Origin: Candidatus Methylomirabilia bacterium
GTDB lineage: Bacteria; Methylomirabilota; Methylomirabilia; Rokubacteriales; CSP1-6
DNA: 13,534 nucleotides
Direction of reading: 5' to 3'
Assembly: GCA_041492755.1 (NCBI GenBank)
Contig: JBGPXN010000118.1
Coordinates: 1 to 13,534, forward strand
A model generated the notes under the pieces. That model made no database searches and was not told where the DNA came from. It saw only the letters and a program-made list of their open reading frames with translations. A program made the position numbers and the translations under genes. Positions 1-6,931 of this stretch are shown piece by piece (position 1 is the first letter of the stretch; each line of letters starts with the position of its first letter).

Positions 1-2
1 AT

Positions 3-338
3 CAGGCGGGCCAGCGTGATCGCGTCGCGCCGGTCCGTCTTCACGCGGTCGCCCGGCTTCCGGGGGATCAGCGACGGCGCGACGACGTGGCAGGCCAGGC
101 CCTTGCGGGTGAGGTACCGATACAGCCAGTAGCCGCAGGGTCCCGCCTCGTAGACGAACACCAGCGTCGCGCCCTTCGATTGAAGCTTCCGAATCATCTT
201 GTCGATGTCGCATTGTCGGGTCCCGATCGCGCCCAGGGACACCACCTCGGCGCCGCGGTCCTCCGGCGCGTAGGCGACCGCGATCGAGTCCTTGTGAACA
301 TCGAGACCGACGTACAGGGTCTTGCTAGACTCACCCAT
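3..338 (-). CDS. IS110-family (DEDD RuvC-like) transposase/recombinase, N-terminal fragment
   Basis: Manual translation from ATG at 338 (absent from the ORF track): [22 protein letters not shown]...[16 protein letters not shown]...[28 protein letters not shown]. It has the GLDVHK, YEAG and KTDxxDA motifs. GGAGG RBS at 349-345. Confidence 0.95.
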   Translation of the reverse strand, partial: MGESSKTLYVGLDVHKDSIAVAYAPEDRGAEVVSLGAIGTRQCDIDKMIRKLQSKGATLVFVYEAGPCGYWLYRYLTRKGLACHVVAPSLIPRKPGDRVKTDRRDAITLARL

Positions 339-454
339 GGCTGACCTCCACGCTCGTGGTGTGCCTAGAGGACAGGGCGGCTCTGGCCTCTCGAGGCTAA
401 CCCGCGCAGAGCGCCGGGGGTCAGCCTCATCAACCCGTGGAAGTCATACTGTCT
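339..454 (-). ncRNA. Candidate IS110 bridge-RNA-like structured non-coding end
   Basis: 11-bp stem 428-418/403-393 (GAGGCUGACCC/GGGUUAGCCUC; its G-U pair works only on the minus strand) and a second hairpin 391-367. It lies upstream of the IS110 recombinase, where IS621-type elements encode their bridge RNA. Confidence 0.5.
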
Positions 455-523
455 CGCCACACAAGCCGACGTATCCTCCCACCCGATGACCCGCAACCCA
501 CGCGAGCCGAGCCAGGCTCGTCG

Positions 524-1231
524 ATGACGATCAGGCGTCGGGCCGTGGTGCTCCTGAGCGGCGGCGTCGATTCCACGACGACCGCCGCCATCGCGCTCGG
601 CGAGGGGTTCGACGTGTACGCGCTGAGCTTCGACTATGGCCAGCGCCACCGGGTCGAGCTCGACAGCGCGCGGCGGGTGGCGCAGAAGCTCGGGCTCCGG
701 CAGCACGTGGTCGCGACGATCGATCTCCGAGTCTTCGGTGGCTCCGCGCTCACCGGCGACATCGCGGTGCCGAAGGATCGCGCGCTGGAGGAGATCGGCG
801 CGGGCATTCCGGTCACCTACGTGCCCGCGCGCAACACGATCTTTCTCTCGTTCGCGCTGGCGTGGGCGGAAGTGCTGGATGCGTCCGACATCTTCCTCGG
901 GATCACCGCCCTCGACTACAGCGGCTACCCCGACTGCCGTCCCGAGTACGTGGAGGCCTATCAACGCATGGCGGATCTCGCCACCAAGGCCGGCGTCGAG
1001 GGCCGCCAGCGCCTGACCATCCATACGCCCCTCATCCATCTCGGCAAGGCGGACATCATCCGGCACGGCCTGGAGCTCGGCGTCGATTACGCGCTCACGA
1101 CGTCCTGCTACGATCCGTCGCCTACGGGCGAGGCCTGCGGCGCATGCGACTCCTGCGCGCTGCGGCTCAAGGGGTTCCGCGCCGCCGGTGTCGCCGATCC
1201 AATCAAGTACGCGGGAAGCACGGATCCGTGA
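524..1231 (+). CDS. queC: 7-cyano-7-deazaguanine (preQ0) synthase QueC
   Basis: [13 protein letters not shown]-loop, [27 protein letters not shown] and C-terminal Zn motif SCY...CGACDSC. Start moved from 437 to ATG 524 because 437 lies inside the IS end. Confidence 0.96.
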   Translation: MTIRRRAVVLLSGGVDSTTTAAIALGEGFDVYALSFDYGQRHRVELDSARRVAQKLGLRQHVVATIDLRVFGGSALTGDIAVPKDRALEEIGAGIPVTYVPARNTIFLSFALAWAEVLDASDIFLGITALDYSGYPDCRPEYVEAYQRMADLATKAGVEGRQRLTIHTPLIHLGKADIIRHGLELGVDYALTTSCYDPSPTGEACGACDSCALRLKGFRAAGVADPIKYAGSTDP

Positions 1232-1860
1232 CGTACGCGGTCAAGGAAATCTTCTATACGCTCCAGGGCGAGGGGGCGAACACGGGACGCCCGGCGGTGT
1301 TCTGTCGCTTCGCCGGCTGCAACCTCTGGTCCGGGCACGAGGCCGACCGCGCCACGGCTGTCTGCACGTTCTGCGACACCGACTTCGTCGGGACCAACGG
1401 CCCGGGCGGCGGACGGTTCAGCACGGCGGTCGAGCTCGCCGCGGCCGTGGCCGCCGCCTGGCCCCACGCTGCCGCTCATCGATTCGTCGTCTGCACGGGC
1501 GGGGAGCCGCTGCTCCAGCTCGATGACCCGCTGATCCACGCGCTTCACCGCGAAGGCTTCGAGCTCGCGATCGAGACGAACGGCACGCGCTCCGCGCCTG
1601 CCGGCATCGACTGGGTCTGCGTCAGTCCGAAGGCCGGCAGCGAGCTGGTGCTCCGCGCCGGCAACGAGCTGAAGCTCGTCTTCCCGCAGCCCGGCGCCGA
1701 GCCGGAGCGTTTCGAGCATCTCGACTTCGCGCACTTCTTCCTGCAGCCGATGGACGGCCCCGACCGCGAGCGGAACACCCGGCTCGCCGTGAGCTACTGC
1801 CTGGAGCATCCACGGTGGCGGTTGAGCCTACAGACGCACAAGCTCCTCGGTATTCCGTGA
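1228..1860 (+). CDS. queE: 7-carboxy-7-deazaguanine synthase QueE (radical SAM, CX14CX2C type)
   Basis: GTG start overlapping the queC stop (GTGA). [21 protein letters not shown]...[32 protein letters not shown]. Confidence 0.96.
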   Translation: MTYAVKEIFYTLQGEGANTGRPAVFCRFAGCNLWSGHEADRATAVCTFCDTDFVGTNGPGGGRFSTAVELAAAVAAAWPHAAAHRFVVCTGGEPLLQLDDPLIHALHREGFELAIETNGTRSAPAGIDWVCVSPKAGSELVLRAGNELKLVFPQPGAEPERFEHLDFAHFFLQPMDGPDRERNTRLAVSYCLEHPRWRLSLQTHKLLGIP

Positions 1861-1884
1861 TTCAGTGGTATTCGGTGATTCAGT
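1849..1884. repeat. 18-bp tandem duplication spanning the queE stop codon
   Basis: GGTATTCCGTGATTCAGT (1849-1866) directly followed by GGTATTCGGTGATTCAGT (1867-1884), 17/18 identical. Confidence 0.85.
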
Positions 1885-1970
1885 TCGCCGGGTACAGGTG
1901 GCAGGCAACGCCACGGAGAGATTGCGGACCTCGAGAAGCGTGCCGGCGCCGGCGTCCCGAAGCGGGGCGG

Positions 1971-2462
1971 TCACGGCCACACTGGCGCCGGCACGCGCAG
2001 CGGCCGCGCGCGCCGCGCGCGCGGGGTCTTCACGACCACCACGCGTATGCCGTGAAGCCGTCCCAGTTGCCGCCGTATCATCCACGCGCGGAACCGGTGA
2101 CGCGCCGGGGCCGTCGCCGATTCGAAGAACGCCACCAGGTCGGGGGTGAAGCCGTCGATCTCGAGACGAAGCTCCCGGCCCGGCGCGCCGAATCGCACCA
2201 CGGTCTCGACCGCAACGTCCCGGATGGCCCGCGTGGCCTCGGCAAACGCCTCGACGGTCGTCCGGGTGATCCGGTCCATCTCGCGATCGCAGTCGGCGAC
2301 GATCCAGCCGTGCCGGTTCACCCGCGCCGGCGGCAACGGACGGAAGGACGCCACGCGCACGCGGCCGCCTACCGTACGCGCGGCCGCCACGACGGTTGCC
2401 ATGCCGTCGAGCGCCGCGACTTCGTCACCCGCGAGCACGACCGCGAGCACGCGGCCGATCAC
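1971..2462 (-). CDS. Universal stress protein (USP)-like protein
   Basis: C-terminal part of ORF 1971..2684: N-terminal beta strand RVLAVV, helix AAARTVGGRVRV, VETVVRFGAPGREL...PDLVAF, terminal strand IRVVVV, matching USP topology. Start uncertain: GTG 2462, 2483 or 2492. Confidence 0.6.
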   Translation of the reverse strand: MIGRVLAVVLAGDEVAALDGMATVVAAARTVGGRVRVASFRPLPPARVNRHGWIVADCDREMDRITRTTVEAFAEATRAIRDVAVETVVRFGAPGRELRLEIDGFTPDLVAFFESATAPARHRFRAWMIRRQLGRLHGIRVVVVKTPRARRARPLRVPAPVWP

Positions 2463-2488
2463 GATGCAGCTCCGCTTCGACACGCCAT
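2459..2488 (-). CDS. Putative 9-aa leader peptide/uORF (MACRSGAAS)
   Basis: AAGGAG at 2501-2496 sits 7 nt before ATG 2488. Its TGA (2461-2459) overlaps the in-frame GTG 2462 of the USP-like ORF (GTGA). Confidence 0.3.
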   Translation of the reverse strand: MACRSGAAS

Positions 2489-2506
2489 TCACGTTCTCCT
2501 TCGTTG

Positions 2507-2544
2507 AAAAAGAAAAAGCGCCGTCGCGTGAAGCCACGGCGCTT
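2507..2544 (-). terminator. Rho-independent terminator-like hairpin upstream of the USP-like gene
   Basis: Perfect 9-bp inverted repeat 2516-2524/2536-2544. The minus-strand RNA reads AAGCGCCGU-gGCUUCACGCg-ACGGCGCUUUUUCUUUUU. Confidence 0.7.
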
Positions 2545-2579
2545 CGGCGGGCGCTGCGGTGAGCCCGGTCGCTGACAGG

Positions 2580-2596
2580 AGCACGTCGCGTGCCAG
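2580..2596 (-). promoter_or_regulatory. sigma54 (-24/-12) promoter
   Basis: Minus strand CTGGCACGCGACGTGCT: TGGCACG plus exact GG-N10-GC spacing, intergenic and oriented toward the USP-like gene. Predicted TSS about 2569. Confidence 0.7.
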
Positions 2597-2858
2597 CAAC
2601 GCGACACGCGCACGGCGTTGCTGGACGGCGACTTGCGCTGCACGATGGCGCACCGGTGTCCGCCATCGCCCTCGAAATGGGCAAGAGCCGACCATCGTGC
2701 CTTCTGTTTTGTCAGGGGCGGCAGGCGCACGCCGGGACCGCGAGCCGGATCCCGGTGCAGGGTGTTGAGGTTAAACTGGATGAGCCATGCGACCTGAAAT
2801 GCGCTTCAGCCCAGCTCGGCTCGTCGATGTCGCGTCAGGCGCTGCGTTCGTGACCCGA

Positions 2859-5027
2859 ATGCGGATGCGCAGTGTCGGCGCGGTATTCGCCGGCCTGATG
2901 CTCGGCGCGGGCGCCGCGTCGGCCGCGCCAGCGACGTCGGCCGGGGCGGAGCCCCCCAAGGTCCGCGTCGAGCTGCTCAGCGAAGTGCAGTCGATCGTCC
3001 CGGGCGAGACGTTCTGGGTGGCGCTGCGCCAGCAGATCGCCCCGGGCTGGCACACGTACTGGATGAACCCCGGCGACTCCGGCGAGCCTCCGCGTATCGA
3101 GTGGGCGATGCCGGCGGGATTCAGCGTCGGCGGGATCGCCTGGCCGCATCCGGAGCGGATCGCCGTGGGGCCCGCCATGAGCTACGGCTATTCGCGCGAG
3201 GTCGTCCTCCCGATCCCGGTGACGGCGCCGCGCGAGCTGTCGGCCGGCACGCGCATCACGTTGCACGGGCAAGCGAGCTGGGTGGTCTGCGAGAAGACGT
3301 GCATTCCCGAGGAAGCGCCGATCGCGCTGACGCTGCCGGTGGCGACCGGCCCGCCGCCGCTCGATCCCCGCGGAGCCCCACTGATCGCCGAGGCCCGTCG
3401 AGCCGCGCCGACGGCGAGCCCGTGGCCGGCGTCGTTCACCGCGACCGCGGAGACGGTGACACTGACGGTGGCGGTCCCGGGCCTCGCCCCCGAGCGTATC
3501 GTCGAAGCCTGGTTCTATCCCGCGCGCTGGGGCGCCATCGAGCACGCCGCCGATCAACGATCTCGCGCCGATGCCCATGGCATCACGCTCACCGTGGCCC
3601 GCGGCGCGCTGCCGGAGGCGGTGGCGGCGCCGATCGACGGCGTGCTGGTGGTGGCCGAGCGGCTGGACGGTACCGTCGTGCGCCACGCCTTCTCCGTGCG
3701 CGCCGAGCCGCGGCTCCTTGCCGCCGATCCTACGCGGGCGCTTCTCTCGGCGATGGCCCTGGCGCTCGCGGGCGGCCTCGTGCTGAACCTGATGCCCTGC
3801 GTCCTCCCCGTCCTTTCGGTGAAGGCCCTCGGGCTCGTCCAGCACGCGGGGGGCCGCGGCGCCGTTCTCCGCTGGCACGGTGCCGCCTACACCGTCGGCG
3901 TGCTCGCGTCGTTCGCGGCGGTGGCTGGGGCGCTGATCGCGCTTCGTCGTGGCGGCGAGCAGCTCGGGTGGGGCTTCCAGCTCCAGTCGCCGGTGTTCGT
4001 CACGCTCCTGGCCTACGTGCTGTTCGCGATGGCGCTGAGCCTGTCGGGGGTGATCGTGCTCGGCGGCCGACTCGCCGGGACCGGGCATGCGCTCGGCGCG
4101 CGCGCCGGGTACGCCGGCTCGTTCTTCACGGGCGTGCTCGCCACCGTGGCCGCGACTCCGTGCACCGCGCCCTTCATGGGCGCGGCCGTGGGCTACGCCG
4201 TCACCCAGCCGGCGACGACGGCGCTCCTCGTCTTCGAGGCGCTCGGGCTGGGGCTCGCCTTGCCGTATCTGGTGTTGACCCTGGCGCCGGCATGGCGCCG
4301 CTTCCTGCCGCCGCCGGGCGCCTGGATGGCGACGCTGAAGCAGCTCCTCGCGTTCCCGCTCTACGCCTCGGTTGCCTGGCTGGTCTGGGTCGTGAGCCAG
4401 CAAGCGGGACCGCGCGGCGTCGGCGCGGCGCTCGCCGGACTCGTCCTGCTCGGCGCCGCGGCCTGGCTCTACGGAGTGTCCCGGAACGCCCGCGCGGCGT
4501 GGCGCCGACCGGCGACCATCGCGGCGATGGGACTGGTCACCGCGGCGGTGGCGCTCGGTCCACTGGCCGGCGCGACGTCACCGCCGCCATCGGCGTCGTT
4601 GCTGGGCGAGGGCCCGCCGTCGCTCGCTTCCCCCGCGCCGCCGGGCTCAGCGTCCGTCGCGAGCGGCCCGGGCTGGGAGCCGTTCAGCGTGAAGCGGCTC
4701 ACCGAGCTGCGTGCAGCAGGCAGGCCCGTCTTCGTCAACGTCACCGCGGCCTGGTGTCTCACGTGCCTCGTCAACGAGCGGGTGACCCTCCGATCGCGGA
4801 CCGTCACCGCGGGATTTGCGCGCAAGGGCGTGGTGACCCTCAAGGCGGACTGGACGAAGCGGGACCCGACGATCACCCAGATGCTCGGAGCGTTTGGCCG
4901 CAGCGGCGTTCCGCTCTACCTCTTCTATTCGGCGGGCGCGGCCGGCGGGCGCGGCGCGGGTGAGCCGACCGTACTTCCGCAGATCCTGAGCGAGGGCGCT
5001 GTTCTCGCCGCGATCGAAAGAATCTGA
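2859..5027 (+). CDS. DsbD-family (ScsB-like) membrane thiol:disulfide electron transporter
   Basis: Signal peptide, N-domain PGWHTYWMNPGDSG with VCEKTCIP, transmembrane domain with LMPCVLP and ATPCTAPF, C-terminal thioredoxin domain TAAWCLTC...GVPLY. Start uncertain (2787, 2859 or 2865). Confidence 0.9.
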   Translation: MRMRSVGAVFAGLMLGAGAASAAPATSAGAEPPKVRVELLSEVQSIVPGETFWVALRQQIAPGWHTYWMNPGDSGEPPRIEWAMPAGFSVGGIAWPHPERIAVGPAMSYGYSREVVLPIPVTAPRELSAGTRITLHGQASWVVCEKTCIPEEAPIALTLPVATGPPPLDPRGAPLIAEARRAAPTASPWPASFTATAETVTLTVAVPGLAPERIVEAWFYPARWGAIEHAADQRSRADAHGITLTVARGALPEAVAAPIDGVLVVAERLDGTVVRHAFSVRAEPRLLAADPTRALLSAMALALAGGLVLNLMPCVLPVLSVKALGLVQHAGGRGAVLRWHGAAYTVGVLASFAAVAGALIALRRGGEQLGWGFQLQSPVFVTLLAYVLFAMALSLSGVIVLGGRLAGTGHALGARAGYAGSFFTGVLATVAATPCTAPFMGAAVGYAVTQPATTALLVFEALGLGLALPYLVLTLAPAWRRFLPPPGAWMATLKQLLAFPLYASVAWLVWVVSQQAGPRGVGAALAGLVLLGAAAWLYGVSRNARAAWRRPATIAAMGLVTAAVALGPLAGATSPPPSASLLGEGPPSLASPAPPGSASVASGPGWEPFSVKRLTELRAAGRPVFVNVTAAWCLTCLVNERVTLRSRTVTAGFARKGVVTLKADWTKRDPTITQMLGAFGRSGVPLYLFYSAGAAGGRGAGEPTVLPQILSEGAVLAAIERI

Positions 5028-5081
5028 TGCCACCTCGAGATTCCCGACCCGACGTCGAGACGTTCCCGACAAGGAGGACCC

Positions 5082-5726
5082 ATGTCGCACGATGATCTGA
5101 CCCGTCGCACGTTCCTGGCCGGCAGCGGTCTCGCCCTCGCCGCCACGAGCGGCCTGCTCGTCCCCGCGCCCGCGTGGGCCGCGATCGCCAAGGTGGGCAC
5201 CGCGGCGCCCGCGTTCACGGCTCCCGCGACCACGGGCAAGGGCGTGAGCCTGGCCGACTATCGAGGCCGCGTCGTCGTCCTGGAGTGGACGAACCACGAT
5301 TGTCCGTACGTGCGCAAGCACTACGAGACCGGAAACATGCAGGCGCTTCAGAAAGACGCGACCGGGCAGGGCGTGACGTGGCTCACGATCATCTCGTCGT
5401 CGCCGGGGACGCAGGGCCACGTGAGCCCGAGCCAGGCCGATGAGCTGACCGCCACGCGCAAGGCGAGCCCGACGGCGGTGCTGCTCGACCCCTCCGGCGC
5501 CGTCGGCCAGATGTACGGGGCCACCAACACACCGCACATGTACGTGATCGACAAGACGGGCACGCTTGTCTACGCCGGCGCGATCGACGACAAGCCGACC
5601 ACGCGGAAGAGCGACGTGCCCGGCGCGCAAAACTACGTTCGCGCTGCGTTGCAGTCCGTGGCCGCCGGCCAGCCGGTGAAAACGTCGGTCACGCGCGCCT
5701 ATGGCTGCACGGTGAAGTACTCCTGA
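5082..5726 (+). CDS. Tat-exported thioredoxin-fold peroxiredoxin-like protein (AhpC/TSA-redoxin, PrxL-like)
   Basis: AAGGAGG RBS, TRRTFL twin-arginine signal with AWA cleavage site, APAFT...SLADYRGRVVVLEWTNHDCPYV, TPHMYVID, C-terminal YGCTVKY. Confidence 0.88.
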   Translation: MSHDDLTRRTFLAGSGLALAATSGLLVPAPAWAAIAKVGTAAPAFTAPATTGKGVSLADYRGRVVVLEWTNHDCPYVRKHYETGNMQALQKDATGQGVTWLTIISSSPGTQGHVSPSQADELTATRKASPTAVLLDPSGAVGQMYGATNTPHMYVIDKTGTLVYAGAIDDKPTTRKSDVPGAQNYVRAALQSVAAGQPVKTSVTRAYGCTVKYS

Positions 5727-5755
5727 GGCAGATACGAGGCGCGATCAAGCCCGCG

Positions 5756-6931
5756 ATGCCCGGCGAGACTGAGTACATGGGGGCCCCGACATGGCCCCCA
5801 ACCCCCCCCAACGCTCGGGACGCCCCGGCGGAGCCGTGGCGCCCCTCGAATTTCCTCACAGGCTCTGAGCCGCGGCGGGACGCGATCGGTCGCCGGCGGC
5901 TGCTCCACGGCGCGGCGGCGGCCACCGTCGCCTGGTCGCTCGGCGTTCCCGCGTTCGCCCAGGTCGCCGACACGGCCCGCACCGCGCTGGCCGGCGCGGC
6001 GACGGCGTTCCTGGCCGCGCTCTCGCCGGACGGCCGGCGGCGCGCCGTCTTCGCCTTCAACGACAAGGAGCGCGGCAACTGGGGATACGTCCCGCGCCGC
6101 CGCGAGGGCCTCGCCTTCAAGGGCATGTCCGCGGCGGCCCGCGCGGCGGCGCACGAGCTGATGAAGGCGAGCCTGAGCGAGGTGGGGTACGGCAAGGCGG
6201 TGAACGTCATCCGGCTCGAGGGGGTGCTTCGCCAGCTCGAGACGTTCGGCGGTCTCATGCGCGATCCCGAGAACTATCTGGTCAGCGTGTTCGGCACGCC
6301 CGGGCCAAACGCGCCGTGGGGCTGGCGGCTCGAGGGTCACCACCTTTCGCTGAACTTCACGCTCGTGCCGGGCAAGCCCATCGCCGTGACCCCGGCGTTC
6401 TTCGGCGCGAATCCGGCCGAAGTCCGCAGCGGCAACCTCAAGGGTCTACGGACGCTGGCGCGCGAGCAGGATCTCGGCCGCGCGCTCGCGCAGGCGATGG
6501 ACGAGACGCAGCGCCGGCGCATGATCATCGGCGTCCAGTCGCTCGGCGACGTCGTCTCCGGCCCCGGCCGAAGCGAGAGCCTCGGCGTGCCCGCCGGCAT
6601 TCCCGCCGCGGACCTCGGCCCGGCGCAGCGCGAGCGGCTCGTCAAGCTCGTCGAGGAGCACGCCCGGAACATGCGGGCCGACGTCGCCGACGAGGAGCTG
6701 CGCCGGATGCGCGACGGCGGTCTCGACCGGTTGCACTTCGCGTGGGCAGGGCCGATCGAGCCCGGGCACGCGCACTACTACCGGATCCACGGGCCGAGGG
6801 TGCTGATCGAGTTCGACAACAGCCAGAACGAGGCGAATCACATCCACTCGGTGTGGCACGACCCCCGCAACGACTTTGGCGCCGACCTGCTGCGTGCCCA
6901 CTACGAGCACGGCCACCGCCACCACGCTTGA
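5756..6931 (+). CDS. DUF3500-family protein, probably Tat-exported, with a 32-codon repeat insertion near the N-terminus
   Basis: WGWRLEGHHLSLNF, PAFFGANP, YYRIHGP..LIEFDN..NHIHSVW.D..NDFG motifs. GRRRLL twin-arginine signal with AFA cleavage site. His-rich C-terminus. Confidence 0.85.
   Translation: MPGETEYMGAPTWPPTPPNARDAPAEPWRPSNFLTGSEPRRDAIGRRRLLHGAAAATVAWSLGVPAFAQVADTARTALAGAATAFLAALSPDGRRRAVFAFNDKERGNWGYVPRRREGLAFKGMSAAARAAAHELMKASLSEVGYGKAVNVIRLEGVLRQLETFGGLMRDPENYLVSVFGTPGPNAPWGWRLEGHHLSLNFTLVPGKPIAVTPAFFGANPAEVRSGNLKGLRTLAREQDLGRALAQAMDETQRRRMIIGVQSLGDVVSGPGRSESLGVPAGIPAADLGPAQRERLVKLVEEHARNMRADVADEELRRMRDGGLDRLHFAWAGPIEPGHAHYYRIHGPRVLIEFDNSQNEANHIHSVWHDPRNDFGADLLRAHYEHGHRHHA
5770..5869 (+). 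repeat. Hairpin-rich interspersed repeat / putative non-autonomous mobile element, copy 1
   Basis: TGAG(5770-5773)-TACATGGGGGCC CCGACAT GGCCCCC-C-run-ACGCTCGGGACGCCCCGGCGGAGCCGTGGCGCCCCTCGAATTTCCTCACAGGCTC-TGAG(5866-5869). Segment 5810-5870 is 60/61 identical to 7019-7079. Confidence 0.9.

Larger units (their letters stand above)
1..454 (-). mobile_element. IS110-family insertion sequence, left part (runs off window start)
   Basis: Contains an IS110 transposase N-terminus plus a ~116-nt upstream non-coding segment. The end near 454 (..TCATACTGTCT on +) is an estimate from where the structured region stops and from resemblance to IS110 ends as I recall them; the other end is outside the window. 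Confidence 0.8.

Noticed and set aside
371..453. CUGUC (375-371) as a donor guide complementary to the IS end (GACAG, 453-449)
   Set aside because: Only 5 nt, and it lies within a predicted stem; cannot be separated from chance without the other IS end.
455..523. preQ1 riboswitch upstream of queC
   Set aside because: No short stem-loop with the A-rich 3' tail expected for preQ1-I is visible.
524..1860. queC/queE as part of a defence or DNA-modification system (dpd, QatABCD, CBASS type IV)
   Set aside because: Canonical QueC and QueE sequences with no dpdA/TGT-like, TatD, ATPase or cyclase neighbours in the window.
4570..4675. Pro/Ser-rich, loosely duplicated segment in the DsbD-like protein
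   Set aside because: Consistent with an ordinary low-complexity linker before the thioredoxin domain; no match to the TGAG repeat.
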